Shown: in pieces, positions 44,371-54,358 of the stretch
How positions within the stretch are numbered: the stretch's first letter is position 1
Layout: each line of letters opens with the position of its first letter
DNA from: Verrucomicrobiia bacterium
GTDB lineage: Bacteria > Patescibacteriota > Saccharimonadia > Saccharimonadales > JAGQNK01
Length of the DNA stretch: 64,000 nucleotides
NCBI GenBank assembly: GCA_035489575.1
Contig: DATHJY010000013.1
Coordinates: 219,346-283,345, forward strand
Reading direction: 5' to 3'
The notes under the pieces: generated by a model
Databases searched by the model: none
The model's input: the letters and a program-made list of their open reading frames with translations, nothing else
What the model was told of the DNA's origin: nothing
Position numbers and translations under genes: made by a program

Positions 44371-44934
44371 TTAAACCGTCATGATATCCGATTCTTTGGC
44401 TTTGGCGGCCACTTCGGCATCTGACTTAGCTTTGTTCATGGCATCGTCCACCTGTTTTTCCAGGCGCTTTGCCTCGTCTTCGCTCACGTCTTTGTCTTTC
44501 TTGGCCTGATCAATGGTGCGAATAGCCTCATGCCGCACATTGCGCAAAGCCACCATGCAGTCCTCTACCTTGCCGCCTAGCAGCTTGGCGTATTCGCGAC
44601 GACGATCCTCTGTGAGGGGAGGAATAGGAACGCGAACGACTCGACCATCATCCATCGGATTCATGCCCAGCGACGGATTGTCACGAATGGCACTGGAAAT
44701 TGCCTGCAGGTTATTAGGGTCAAAAGGAGTAATCTGAAGCAGCTGCGCCTCGGGAGCTGTGACATTAGCTACTTGCACTAAGGGCATTGGCGTACCATAT
44801 GCCTGGATAGTGACACCATCGAGCATGCTCGGATGGGCCCGCCCTGTTCTGACTTTCTTAAGTTCTTCCTGGAAGTGGCTCACCGCCGTGTGGAACTTTT
44901 GTGTTGCGGTGGCAACAATTTGGTCTGGATTCAT
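44371..44934 (-). CDS. frr: Ribosome recycling factor
   Basis: 187 aa. VRTGRAHPSMLDGVTIQAYGTPMPL and IPPLTEDRRREYAK are typical RRF. Confidence 0.95.
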   Translation of the reverse strand: MNPDQIVATATQKFHTAVSHFQEELKKVRTGRAHPSMLDGVTIQAYGTPMPLVQVANVTAPEAQLLQITPFDPNNLQAISSAIRDNPSLGMNPMDDGRVVRVPIPPLTEDRRREYAKLLGGKVEDCMVALRNVRHEAIRTIDQAKKDKDVSEDEAKRLEKQVDDAMNKAKSDAEVAAKAKESDIMTV

Positions 44935-44964
44935 CTAAGAGGCTCCTTGACTTACGCTTCTATT

Positions 44965-45567
44965 CTACTCAGAAACTTCGCCTAACGCCATTCGGCTAAA
45001 CCGTCGGATAATAATATTCTCACCAAGCTTAGCAATATGTTCTTTGACGTAGTCGCCAACGGACTGATCCGGATTCTTAACATAAGGCTGATCAAGCAAA
45101 CAGCGCTCGGCAAAGTGTTTCTTCAGCATACCTTCTACGATGTTATCGATCATATTTTCTGGCTTGCCTTCTGCTTTTGCCTTTTCGGTGAATTCGGCAC
45201 GCTTAGAGTCTTTGGCACCAGCCGACACACTATCTGCGCTTACAAATTCAGGGCTGCTAGCAGCAATATGCATGGCTAGGTCTTTTACTAGAGTAGTAAA
45301 GAGCTCGTTGCGAGCAACGAAGTCTGTTTCGCAATTTACCTCAAGAAGCACTCCTATGCGGCTGTCGTGGTTATAGGTACCGATAATACCGGCGCGCGCT
45401 TCTCTTTCGCCACGCTTTTCCGCCTTGGTAAGTCCCTTTTTGCGCATTGCCGCAAGTGCGGCGTCAAAATTACCGTCCACCTCGACCAATGCAGCTTTTG
45501 CGTCAGTGATCCCTACGCCAGTAAGCTCGCGTAATCTTTTGATTTCATCGATTGTAATGTCTGCCAT
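44965..45567 (-). CDS. tsf: Translation elongation factor Ts (short form)
   Basis: 200 aa with the UBA-like N-terminus IKRLRELTGVGITDAKAALVEVDGNFDAALAAMRKKG and the core NCETDFVARNELF. Confidence 0.9.
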   Translation of the reverse strand: MADITIDEIKRLRELTGVGITDAKAALVEVDGNFDAALAAMRKKGLTKAEKRGEREARAGIIGTYNHDSRIGVLLEVNCETDFVARNELFTTLVKDLAMHIAASSPEFVSADSVSAGAKDSKRAEFTEKAKAEGKPENMIDNIVEGMLKKHFAERCLLDQPYVKNPDQSVGDYVKEHIAKLGENIIIRRFSRMALGEVSE

Positions 45568-46307
45568 TATTTTTCAACGCTCTCTTTATCAGCTGCCTTC
45601 TCGGCTTTGTTCGCATGTGCGGATTTGCCGGCCTCCAGAGCAGCCTGCACATAATCAGCAATCAACTGAATTGTCTTTATGGCGTCGTCGTTGCACGGTA
45701 TGGCGTAGTCCGCAAGACTTGGATCAGCATTGGTGTCCACCAACGCAATTACAGGAACGTTAAGCTTGCGGGCTTCACGAACAGCGTTCATGTCGTGAGT
45801 TACATCAGTTACAAAAACAGCGCCTAATCGAGCAGCAAGATTCTTGATACCACCGTACATGTGGTTCATTTCATCGATCTCTTCCTGGAAACGCTGAATC
45901 TCGAGCTTGTTATACTTGGCAGCCAACTGGCCACTTTCCATCTTTGCTTCAAGGTCCTTCAGGTGTTTGACCCGGCCACCAATGGTATTACGGTTAGTCA
46001 GCATGCCACCCAGCCAACGCTCTACAACAAAAGGTTGGTTGGTGTCTTCGGCCAGCTTCTTAACAATATCGTGGGCCTGGCGCTTGGTACCAACGAGCAA
46101 GACCTGCTTGCCTTCTGATGCCAGCTTTTCAATAAATGCCAGAGCCTCTTCGAGCGCACTAACTGTTTGCGTCAGGTCAATAATGTGCGTACCCCCACGC
46201 TTACTGTGAATATAAGGCGCCATCTTGGGGTGCCAGCGGCTAGACTTGTGCCCAAAATGCGCACCTGCCTCTAAAAGTTTTTTAATGTCTACATCAACCG
46301 TAGCCAT
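45567..46307 (-). CDS. rpsB: 30S ribosomal protein S2
   Basis: 246 aa with LLEAGAHFGHKSSRWHPKM and VDTNADPS motifs. The A of its TAA stop (45567) is shared with the tsf ATG. Confidence 0.95.
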   Translation of the reverse strand: MATVDVDIKKLLEAGAHFGHKSSRWHPKMAPYIHSKRGGTHIIDLTQTVSALEEALAFIEKLASEGKQVLLVGTKRQAHDIVKKLAEDTNQPFVVERWLGGMLTNRNTIGGRVKHLKDLEAKMESGQLAAKYNKLEIQRFQEEIDEMNHMYGGIKNLAARLGAVFVTDVTHDMNAVREARKLNVPVIALVDTNADPSLADYAIPCNDDAIKTIQLIADYVQAALEAGKSAHANKAEKAADKESVEK

Positions 46308-46437
46308 GATAGGTATCTCCTTATCCTTTATCCTCGTCTGGGTGCCCGTGCGGTCCTCACAAGGTGTCGCACAGGAGGATGATCTCCCAGACTGTTTGAT
46401 TTAATATCAGGATCAATGATAACAGATACGTAACAGA

Positions 46438-46466
46438 TTGACAATACTTCCCATTTGCGATAAAGT
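46438..46466 (+). promoter_or_regulatory. Sigma-70-like promoter candidate for rpmE
   Basis: TTGACA (46438-46443), a 17-nt spacer, then TAAAGT (46461-46466), about 80 nt upstream of the rpmE ATG. A GGAG lies before the ATG. Confidence 0.35.
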
Positions 46467-46543
46467 AATCACGTTTAATGCTGACTGCAGCCCCGGCTCG
46501 CTGCTAACCAGCCACACCCACTAAGGAGCTAAGGAAAATTATT

Positions 46544-46897
46544 ATGAAAAAAGATCTACATCCAGCAAACTACCGCTTCGTAGTTTTCCAAGACCTTAAC
46601 AACAGCACGACTTTCCTAACCAAGTCGACTGTTGCTACCGACGAAACCATCAAACTTGATGGGATCGAATATCCACTTGTCAAAGTGCATATCTCTAGCG
46701 CTTCTCACCCCTTCTTTACTGGCCAAGAGAAGCTGGTAGATATCGAAGGTCGCGTAGACAAATTCAAGGCACGCCAAGAGGCCGCCAAAGCCCGCGCAGA
46801 TGCAATGAAGAAAGCTGCTGGCAAGTCGCGTGCTAAAACGCCAAAGGCCGACGAGACTCAAAAAATCGGCACCCTGAAGCGCAAAACCAGCAAGTAA
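46544..46897 (+). CDS. rpmE: 50S ribosomal protein L31, type B (no zinc ribbon) with a Lys/Ala-rich C-terminal extension
   Basis: 117 aa with [17 protein letters not shown]...[20 protein letters not shown] and no CxxC pairs. The last ~45 aa are basic low complexity ([27 protein letters not shown]...). Confidence 0.9.
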   Translation: MKKDLHPANYRFVVFQDLNNSTTFLTKSTVATDETIKLDGIEYPLVKVHISSASHPFFTGQEKLVDIEGRVDKFKARQEAAKARADAMKKAAGKSRAKTPKADETQKIGTLKRKTSK

Positions 46898-47044
46898 CGC
46901 TGCCCCGTAACCACCTTCTAGTGTTTCTGGAGGGTAGTTTTACAATTTTGCGGTCAGCAAAAGTGTATACAGAGCCAAAGAAATCCAATCTTATAGGATG
47001 AAAGATTTCTTTGCGCGAAGTAATATATATACTAAGGATGTCTC

Positions 47045-48100
47045 ATGGAAGAAAAAGAACTGCATTTGCGAGAAGAACTGCAAAGCCTGCAAGCAAAATT
47101 GCAGGATCCTGCTATCTTTTCTTCGAAAGAATACCCCAAGCTTGCAAAGCGGCAGGCCGAGCTGGAGCGTATCACTGGCCTCTTTGATGAACGAAAGAAG
47201 TTAGAAGCAGCCCACAAGCAAGCGTCTGAGTTAATCAACGGCGATGACGAACTAGCAGAGCTTGCGCAAGAAGAGCTCCAGAGCACCGAAGCTGCTCTGG
47301 TCGTTAACGAGACCCGTCTCACGGAAGCCCTCACCCCCAAAGACCCTAACGATCAGCGGGACGTTATAGTAGAGATCCGGGCTGCCGCAGGTGGCGATGA
47401 GTCCAGCCTGTTCGCAGGTGAGTTGTATCGCATGTATATGCGGTGGTGCGAGACGCGCAAATATAAAACAGACCTACTGAGTGACAGCCCAAATGAAGTC
47501 GGCGGCTTCAAAGAGATAATCTTTGCAGTTCGTGGCACAGATGCCTACCGCAACCTGAAGTTTGAAGCTGGCGTTCACAGAGTGCAGCGTGTTCCGACCA
47601 CAGAATCCCAGGGACGCATTCATACCAGCACCGTCACAGTCTCGGTCCTGCCAGAGGCCGAAGAAACAGACATAGAAATCAGCCCTGGTGACTTGCGTAT
47701 TGATGTGTATCGCAGCAGTGGACATGGCGGGCAGAGCGTAAATACCACCGACTCAGCGGTCCGCATTACTCACCTGCCAACCGGGCTGGTAGTGACCTGC
47801 CAGGACGAGAAGTCCCAGATCAAGAATAAAGAAAAAGCCCTGGGGGTATTGCGCGCCCGACTACTGCAAATGAAAATCGAAGATGAGCAAAAAGAATTAT
47901 CGGATGCACGCAAAAAACTGATCGGGTCCGGGGATCGTTCGGAGAAGATTCGTACCTATAACTTTCCCCAAGATCGCATTACTGACCACCGTATAGGCTA
48001 CTCTCGTAGCAATATACCAGGTGCTCTGAGCGGCGATATCGACGACATCATCGCACAACTTCATGACTACGAACGCCAGCTTATTAACAGTGAAAGTTAA
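47045..48100 (+). CDS. prfA: Peptide chain release factor 1
   Basis: 351 aa with the PxT anticodon-like tripeptide ([17 protein letters not shown]) and the GGQ motif ([20 protein letters not shown]). Confidence 0.95.
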   Translation: MEEKELHLREELQSLQAKLQDPAIFSSKEYPKLAKRQAELERITGLFDERKKLEAAHKQASELINGDDELAELAQEELQSTEAALVVNETRLTEALTPKDPNDQRDVIVEIRAAAGGDESSLFAGELYRMYMRWCETRKYKTDLLSDSPNEVGGFKEIIFAVRGTDAYRNLKFEAGVHRVQRVPTTESQGRIHTSTVTVSVLPEAEETDIEISPGDLRIDVYRSSGHGGQSVNTTDSAVRITHLPTGLVVTCQDEKSQIKNKEKALGVLRARLLQMKIEDEQKELSDARKKLIGSGDRSEKIRTYNFPQDRITDHRIGYSRSNIPGALSGDIDDIIAQLHDYERQLINSES

Positions 48101-48145
48101 GTATATGTGCTACACTAATCTTCAACAATTTGGGGTAAAAAATAA

Positions 48146-49024
48146 ATGACCACTGCCATTTGGCTCCACTACGCAATAGAAAAGCTTGAAACCGCCGGCA
48201 TCACGACAGCCCGACTTGATAGCCAAGTACTTCTAGCTGATGAGATGAAACAAAACAGAGCCTGGGTACTGGCGCATATGGATGTCCCCGTCACCGAAGA
48301 AACACAAAAGCGGCTCGAGAAGCTTGTCGGTGAACGGGCCAACCATGTACCGCTCGCTTATATTCGCGGCAAAACAGAGTTTTACGGACGAGAATTTTTG
48401 ATTGACCGCCGAGTACTAGAGCCCCGACCCGAATCAGAAACCATGATTGACGTCCTTAAAAAGCTACCTATTGGCGATAATCCTCTGCAAATTGTAGACG
48501 TTGGCACGGGCTCTGGGGCGCTTGCTATCACCGCCAAGCTGGAACTCCCTAAAGCCACCGTAACAGCCATAGATATTGACCCCGGCTGTCTTGTGGTTGC
48601 CCAAGCCAACGCCGACAAGTACCGGGTAGACATAGACTTCAGGCAAGGCGACTTACTGCAACCACTGGGAACTGAAATACGAGAACTGGTAATAACCCTC
48701 GCCAATCTTCCCTATGTACCTGACAGTCATCAGGTTAACCAGGCGGCTATGCACGAGCCCAAACTGGCCATCTTCGGAGGACCTGACGGGCTGGACCCAT
48801 ACCGAAAGCTATTTGAACAAGCCGCAGAACTTTCACAAAGACCAGCATACATTCTTACTGAGTCACTGCCACCCCAACACAGACAGCTAGCCCTTATTGG
48901 TGCGCGGTTTGGATTCCGCCAAACGATCGAAGATGATTTTATTCAAGTGTTTGAGGGCGGCCATCGACAAGGCGTAGCATACTCTCCGGACGCCCCTACT
49001 GTTGCGGGGCAGCCTCCAGCGTAA
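48146..49024 (+). CDS. prmC: Release factor glutamine N5-methyltransferase PrmC (HemK)
   Basis: 292 aa. SAM motif IVDVGTGSGALAI and a catalytic NxPY variant (ANLPYVP). It lies directly downstream of prfA. Its 3' end overlaps the convergent htrA-like gene by 29 nt. Confidence 0.85.
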   Translation: MTTAIWLHYAIEKLETAGITTARLDSQVLLADEMKQNRAWVLAHMDVPVTEETQKRLEKLVGERANHVPLAYIRGKTEFYGREFLIDRRVLEPRPESETMIDVLKKLPIGDNPLQIVDVGTGSGALAITAKLELPKATVTAIDIDPGCLVVAQANADKYRVDIDFRQGDLLQPLGTEIRELVITLANLPYVPDSHQVNQAAMHEPKLAIFGGPDGLDPYRKLFEQAAELSQRPAYILTESLPPQHRQLALIGARFGFRQTIEDDFIQVFEGGHRQGVAYSPDAPTVAGQPPA

Positions 49025-50186
49025 CCTTTATTTGCTGATCTTTGCCGTCCCGGAAAATATTCAGTGTGACTTCATCACCCACTTTATGCTTACCAACTAA
49101 TGATGTCAGGCTATTTTTCTCGTTTACGTCTTCGCCGTTAACCTTGGTAATAACATCTTTTTCTTTCAAGCCAGCTTTTGATGCTGGACTGTCTGGCAAG
49201 ATAGATGTCTCGCCGTCACTATTGGGGGCAACGTATGCGCCTCTTTTGACGGGTAGGCTAAACTCGTATGCGTAATCGTCGGTCAGCGATATATAGCGAA
49301 CGCCTATATAAGGACGCTCCAGTTTGCCCTTTGCTAGTACGCTATCTATGAGTGCAGATACATCGTTGATAGGGATAGCAAACCCAATGTTCTCCGCCCC
49401 TTCGCCAGCTATAGCAGTATTGATGCCAATCACCTCACCGCTTACGTTCACCAGCGGCCCACCGGAGTTACCCTGGTTAATTGCAGCGTCTGTTTGGAAT
49501 AAGTTCTGCAGGGTTTCTGTGCTCGAGCCCGTCTCGTCACCGGCCACCACACTGCGTCCGTAGCCAGAGATAATGCCCGTGGTAACACTATTTTGGAACT
49601 GTCCAAGTGCGTTCCCAATAGCAACCACTTTACCACCTACTTCCATCTTGCTTGAATCGCCTCGTTTTAGGGGTTTGAGGGTCTTGCCTTTGGTATCTTT
49701 TACCCGTAAAAAGGCAACATCGAGTGGGTCGCCTTGGCTTGTCCGCCCGATAACCTCTACCTCGGTCAGCTCCGTTCCGTCGTCGAGCGTTACACTTACT
49801 TGTCCATTAACATCGCTCACCACATGACGATTCGTCACGATAACATCACCACTTACGATAAATCCAGTGCCTGCACTTTGCCGTTCAACGGATTGTATTC
49901 CAAAGAAACTTTGGCGATTTGCCTTGCCCATTACATTTACCGATACAACGCTTGGTCCGGCGTCTTTGGCAATGCTGCTAATAAGCTCGCTCTCGCTCGA
50001 GATGATCTGCTTGCTCGTCGAGGTGTCAAAACTGCCTTTTTGGTTGGCCCGCGACCCGGCCCAGCCACCAACAAACCCGGCGGCAGCACTTACAAGGATC
50101 AGGAACACGGTGCCGAGGGCAGCGACCCTCGTTCGGGCCTCAGTGAGCACTGAAAAATTAGGACGCTTCATATTGATATTCATCAT
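48996..50186 (-). CDS. HtrA/DegP-type S1C serine protease with PDZ domain
   Basis: 396 aa with an N-terminal TM anchor, the catalytic motifs TNRHVV, DVAFLRV and GNSGGPLVN, and a C-terminal PDZ (SPASKAGLKEKDVITKVNG). Confidence 0.9.
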   Translation of the reverse strand: MMNINMKRPNFSVLTEARTRVAALGTVFLILVSAAAGFVGGWAGSRANQKGSFDTSTSKQIISSESELISSIAKDAGPSVVSVNVMGKANRQSFFGIQSVERQSAGTGFIVSGDVIVTNRHVVSDVNGQVSVTLDDGTELTEVEVIGRTSQGDPLDVAFLRVKDTKGKTLKPLKRGDSSKMEVGGKVVAIGNALGQFQNSVTTGIISGYGRSVVAGDETGSSTETLQNLFQTDAAINQGNSGGPLVNVSGEVIGINTAIAGEGAENIGFAIPINDVSALIDSVLAKGKLERPYIGVRYISLTDDYAYEFSLPVKRGAYVAPNSDGETSILPDSPASKAGLKEKDVITKVNGEDVNEKNSLTSLVGKHKVGDEVTLNIFRDGKDQQIKVTLEAAPQQ

Positions 50187-50219
50187 AACCCCCTTTTCTG
50201 ATAATTAGCTGAGTGTAAG

Positions 50220-50975
50220 CTAGATCGCCTTGTCACCCCAGTCAGAGAAGATGAGCACGATAACAACGATAGCCACCATGATAAAGACAAACTGCCTTCT
50301 GAGTAGAATACTCAGACGATCATTCTGCTCCAAGTAGTATAGCGTAGCCAATCCATACCCAATAACTGTCAGTAGGAGGGATACCTGTGATAGTACTCCG
50401 TAAAACAGCAACCAGTGGCTCAGCACCCAGGTTAGCGCAGCGGCAAAATATGCCCAGGTATGAGCGTAGAGCGCACTATACGGTTCATCAAAACTGGTGA
50501 AGAAGTGCCGAGCGCAGAGATAGCAGATGAGCCAGCTCACGAGAACTAATATATAAGCTGCCGCATCACCCCAAGTCAGGAACAACGCCATCAGCCCTAC
50601 AAGCTGGGCAACCGTGGCCTGGAATGACACGCGAAGTGTCGTAGATCCTGGTTTGAGAAATATCAGCCACCCACCGTATGCAACCGCCCACAACAGCTGC
50701 CACAAACCAACAGAGGTCGCAGCCATAAATGCCACTATGGACAATCCAACCATAATATCTACACCGTTAGCACGAATATTTGCAGGCCAGTAACGAGGCC
50801 TCACCGCAAACATACGCCACTTACTTAAGATAATCAGCACGGCGGCTAATAGTGCAAAATCAATACGCACCAAAATATAAATAAGCAACGGCAAGAGTAT
50901 CGTGAGTCCCAGGTGAGCGAGATGTGAAAACCCGCTCTTTGGCCTCAGGGTTTTGGGCGAAAAATACCTCAGCAT
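50220..50975 (-). CDS. Polytopic integral membrane protein (hypothetical)
   Basis: 251 aa with about 7 hydrophobic helices, rich in Trp and Tyr. I recognise no family motif. Confidence 0.5.
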   Translation of the reverse strand: MLRYFSPKTLRPKSGFSHLAHLGLTILLPLLIYILVRIDFALLAAVLIILSKWRMFAVRPRYWPANIRANGVDIMVGLSIVAFMAATSVGLWQLLWAVAYGGWLIFLKPGSTTLRVSFQATVAQLVGLMALFLTWGDAAAYILVLVSWLICYLCARHFFTSFDEPYSALYAHTWAYFAAALTWVLSHWLLFYGVLSQVSLLLTVIGYGLATLYYLEQNDRLSILLRRQFVFIMVAIVVIVLIFSDWGDKAI

Positions 50976-50985
50976 ATATGTCTAT

Positions 50986-52698
50986 CTAGTTTCCCAAACG
51001 GGTTTGTTCGTTCTGACCCAGTATTATAACAAAGTCTGCGGTACCAGGGTTAATATTAGGATCGGGCAAGCTGCCAACTGCGGTGACTCCGAATCGTTTT
51101 TCCAGGTAGTTTTTGGTGTACTTTTTGGCTCCGTTACGCAGATCTACGATCACCGTCTTCTGGTAGTCATGGGTGGGCGCATCGGCTGCTTGAGTGATGT
51201 TGTAGCCATACGACTTCAGGTCATCAGAGGTACGGGTCGCTAAACCAGAGATATTTGTGCCGTTCAGCACGACAACACTGGCGTTTTCGCTTGCCAGGTA
51301 ACTGTCTTTGAGGCGATTCCTTACATATGCTTGGATCTCTTTGTAGTTGTCTACGCCTGCTCGCGGGATAACAACCGACAGCCCGTTAACCATAGACGTA
51401 GTCACGTAGTTATTGGGTGGATCAGCCAGACCCACAGAGGAGACCTTGCCGGAGTCTACGGTGTTACCGATCTCATACAGACGCTTAACTTCATTGGTGT
51501 TCATATTGACTTGGATATGGTTGCCAAAGTCACTGAGGAGCTGATTTATCTTCAGGGGGTTTCCAAATGTGCCGAGACTAAAAACTTTGTTTTTGAGCGC
51601 CAACAGTATCAAACGTTGCCGCTCCGAGCGCGAAAAGTCACCCCGAGCGCTCGTATAACGAGAGCGCGAATAGGCCAAGGCACGCAGGCCATCAAAGTGC
51701 TGATTGCCCTGCTGTACATTTAGCACATAGGTCTTGCCATCGATCCTCATGGTCTCTTTGACGGTATTGTCAGCGCTGATGGTTGCATCGACGCCCCCTA
51801 CAGTATCAATCGCCTTCTTGAAGCCTTCAAAATCCACCATTGCATGGTAATGGATAGGAATGCCCATGCTTGCCACAACGACATCTTCGACTGCCTTGAA
51901 TCCAGCGTCATCGGCTAGCTGATTCCGATTGGGCGTATTGCTGCTGGTGCTGGCAAGCGACTTACTCTTGCCATTGGCAAAGACGGCGTTAATCTTTGTG
52001 TGCCCACCACCGGATTTCACATATAGGTCGCGGGGAATACTAAGAAGCGCTGCTTCTTTTTGGATAGGATCAATACTGGCCACAATGATGGTGTCAGTTA
52101 GATCAGCGCCCTCATGCCCCACGCCACCACGGCCTAGCATCAATATATTGACACGTCCATCACCCTCACCCTTCAGGCGCGAAGGATCCACATCTTCTTG
52201 CAGCGCCGCAGCGCCACCACCACCTCTGAATATCTGACGAGCCTTCAGGTAGGCCTTTCCGCCTAGATAGCCGCCGACCATAAGAACCAGGACCATCATA
52301 AACCCAGCAGTTTTTAGAACTTGTCGTTTATTCCAGTTCTCGCGCTTGAAGGGGTTCAGGGATCGCAGTCGCCCGCGCTTTTTACCCGATTTTGCATGGG
52401 ACTTCTTGCGTTGGTCTAGTTGAATATTACCGGCTGTATCGCGCATAGGCTGTCTCCCGTGGTGGCGTGGTTCAGAGAGTGACATTTCTGGAGTCTGTTT
52501 GTCAGCACCTCCGGCAGTTCGGGTCGTATGAAAGCCGTCCGGTACCTTAAAGTTACCCACCCTTTTTGTGTTGGGCTGATAGGCGGTCGATCGGCGAAAA
52601 TTCGGAGGTGTTGGATCGCCACCTCTTGGTGAGCCAACGAAGCCATCGGTAGATCCGGGGCGTCTAGATCCAGGATTGTAGCGTTTAAAATTGTCCAT
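50986..52698 (-). CDS. LCP (LytR-CpsA-Psr) family cell-envelope phosphotransferase with a LytR_C-like C-terminal domain
   Basis: 570 aa. It has a basic disordered N-terminus, a TM helix, the LCP core (VNILMLGRGGVGHEGADLTDTIIVASIDPIQKEAALLSIPRDLYV), and a C-terminal VVVLNGTNISGLA region. Confidence 0.85.
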   Translation of the reverse strand: MDNFKRYNPGSRRPGSTDGFVGSPRGGDPTPPNFRRSTAYQPNTKRVGNFKVPDGFHTTRTAGGADKQTPEMSLSEPRHHGRQPMRDTAGNIQLDQRKKSHAKSGKKRGRLRSLNPFKRENWNKRQVLKTAGFMMVLVLMVGGYLGGKAYLKARQIFRGGGGAAALQEDVDPSRLKGEGDGRVNILMLGRGGVGHEGADLTDTIIVASIDPIQKEAALLSIPRDLYVKSGGGHTKINAVFANGKSKSLASTSSNTPNRNQLADDAGFKAVEDVVVASMGIPIHYHAMVDFEGFKKAIDTVGGVDATISADNTVKETMRIDGKTYVLNVQQGNQHFDGLRALAYSRSRYTSARGDFSRSERQRLILLALKNKVFSLGTFGNPLKINQLLSDFGNHIQVNMNTNEVKRLYEIGNTVDSGKVSSVGLADPPNNYVTTSMVNGLSVVIPRAGVDNYKEIQAYVRNRLKDSYLASENASVVVLNGTNISGLATRTSDDLKSYGYNITQAADAPTHDYQKTVIVDLRNGAKKYTKNYLEKRFGVTAVGSLPDPNINPGTADFVIILGQNEQTRLGN

Positions 52699-52809
52699 TT
52701 TATGTACGTTACCTAAGTATACCTCTTACGTTTATACTATGTAACCCCAAGCTATATGCACTCTAGGATCGTTACTGTGTAGCATTCGATATTTGCTGCA
52801 ATATAGCCA

Positions 52810-53490
52810 ATGAGCTATAGTTTAGATCTGAATATGCAGCAAGATTCTACTATATCACAGCGCCCAGACCCTGAGTATAGCGCCACTCCAAGCGGTCCTA
52901 GTTCATCACAAAAAAAGGACAACTGGAAGAGCGCACTGTCTACCATTCTTATACTTATTGCCGCCCCTCTGGTAGCCATATTCTTGACCAGTTTTGTCTT
53001 CCAGTCTTATGAGGTAGATGGTCCAAGCATGCAGAACACCCTAGAGAATCAAGACAGACTGATTGTCTGGAAAGTATCTCGTACCTTTGCTCGTATCAAG
53101 AACTCACACTATATACCAGCCCGGGGTGATGTCATCGTCTTCGTCAAGAGAGGTATAGCTGACGCCGGGGATCAGTCCGACAAGCAGCTTATTAAACGTG
53201 TTATTGCACTGCCGGGAGAGCGTGTAGTGGTTAATAACAATGTCATTACAGTATACAACCAGGAGCATCCGGACGGGTTTAACCCAGATGTAACAGTCGG
53301 CTATAGTACCGAGCCAAAACTCACACCTGGCAACGTAGATCTTGTTGTCCGTGAAGGTGAAGTGTTTATATGTGGCGACAACCGCACAAACTCCCTTGAT
53401 TCTCGGTCTTTTGGGGCAATCTCATCTAATGATATTGTCGGCAAGCTCGCTGCTAGAATTTACCCCTTCAATAAAGCCAAAGTTTTCTAA
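52810..53490 (+). CDS. lepB: Signal peptidase I
   Basis: 226 aa with the catalytic Ser box VDGPSMQNTL, Lys box KRVIALPGE, and GDNRTNSLDSR. Confidence 0.9.
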   Translation: MSYSLDLNMQQDSTISQRPDPEYSATPSGPSSSQKKDNWKSALSTILILIAAPLVAIFLTSFVFQSYEVDGPSMQNTLENQDRLIVWKVSRTFARIKNSHYIPARGDVIVFVKRGIADAGDQSDKQLIKRVIALPGERVVVNNNVITVYNQEHPDGFNPDVTVGYSTEPKLTPGNVDLVVREGEVFICGDNRTNSLDSRSFGAISSNDIVGKLAARIYPFNKAKVF

Positions 53491-53497
53491 AGCCGCT

Positions 53498-54358
53498 TCA
53501 GGAATGGTTCAGGCGGCCAATCAGATTCTGCAGTTCGTCATCTGATTTATAGTGGATCTCGAGTCGCCCACCCTTGGCTGTGCGGCGTACCGTTACCTTT
53601 GTCTTGAGGGTCTTGCCGAGACTCTTTGTCTCTGGCGTCTCACTCACCGTAGCACGCACCGCTTGCTTGGCAGAGTCTGCACCTTTTTTTACGCTCGTGA
53701 CGAATTGCTCTGCCTGTCGCACCGACCAATGATTCTTTATTATTAGAGTAAGCAGTTCCGTCTGCTTGGCCGGGTCGTCTTTTAGTGCCAGAACCGAGCG
53801 CGCATGTCCTTCAGTAATATGGTTGTTCTGCAGTGCTTCGCGTGCATCTTTGGGCAGTTGTAATAGTCGCACAATATTATGAACAGTCGGCAGTGCTTTA
53901 CCGAGTCGATTGGCAATTTCTTGATACGTCACGTTGAACTGCTGATGCAGTCGCTCAATAGACACTGCTTGCTCGAGCGGAGCCAAGTCTTCACGCTGAA
54001 CGTTTTCTATCAACGCAACTTCGAGTTGTTCTAACTCCTCACGTGCCTTGACGATTGCTGGAACATCGCGCAGTCCGGCAATCTGTGCCGCACGCCACCT
54101 TCGCTCACCAGCGACTATGACATACTTATTCTTTTGTTTAGGAGACACAATTAGAGGCTGCAGTACTCCATGCCTTTTGATAGATGCCGCTAGGCCTGCC
54201 AGGGCTTCTTCGTCAAACTTACGCCGAGGCTGATCCGGGTTTGGCTCGACATCCTCAATGAGTAATTTTTGTACCCGGTCATTAACATCGGTCAGAATGA
54301 CATTATCGAAGTCAGTAGGTATAAGTACATCGAACCCTTTGCCAAGCCCTTTACTCAT
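53498..54358 (-). CDS. parB: Chromosome partitioning protein ParB
   Basis: GLGKGFDVLIP, GVLQPLIV and IVAGERRWRAAQIAG (ParB box) plus an HTH (TYQEIANRLGKALPTVHNIVRLL). I placed the start at the ATG at 54358, which forms an ATGA overlap with the parA stop. The track ORF has 18 extra codons. Confidence 0.9.
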   Translation of the reverse strand: MSKGLGKGFDVLIPTDFDNVILTDVNDRVQKLLIEDVEPNPDQPRRKFDEEALAGLAASIKRHGVLQPLIVSPKQKNKYVIVAGERRWRAAQIAGLRDVPAIVKAREELEQLEVALIENVQREDLAPLEQAVSIERLHQQFNVTYQEIANRLGKALPTVHNIVRLLQLPKDAREALQNNHITEGHARSVLALKDDPAKQTELLTLIIKNHWSVRQAEQFVTSVKKGADSAKQAVRATVSETPETKSLGKTLKTKVTVRRTAKGGRLEIHYKSDDELQNLIGRLNHS

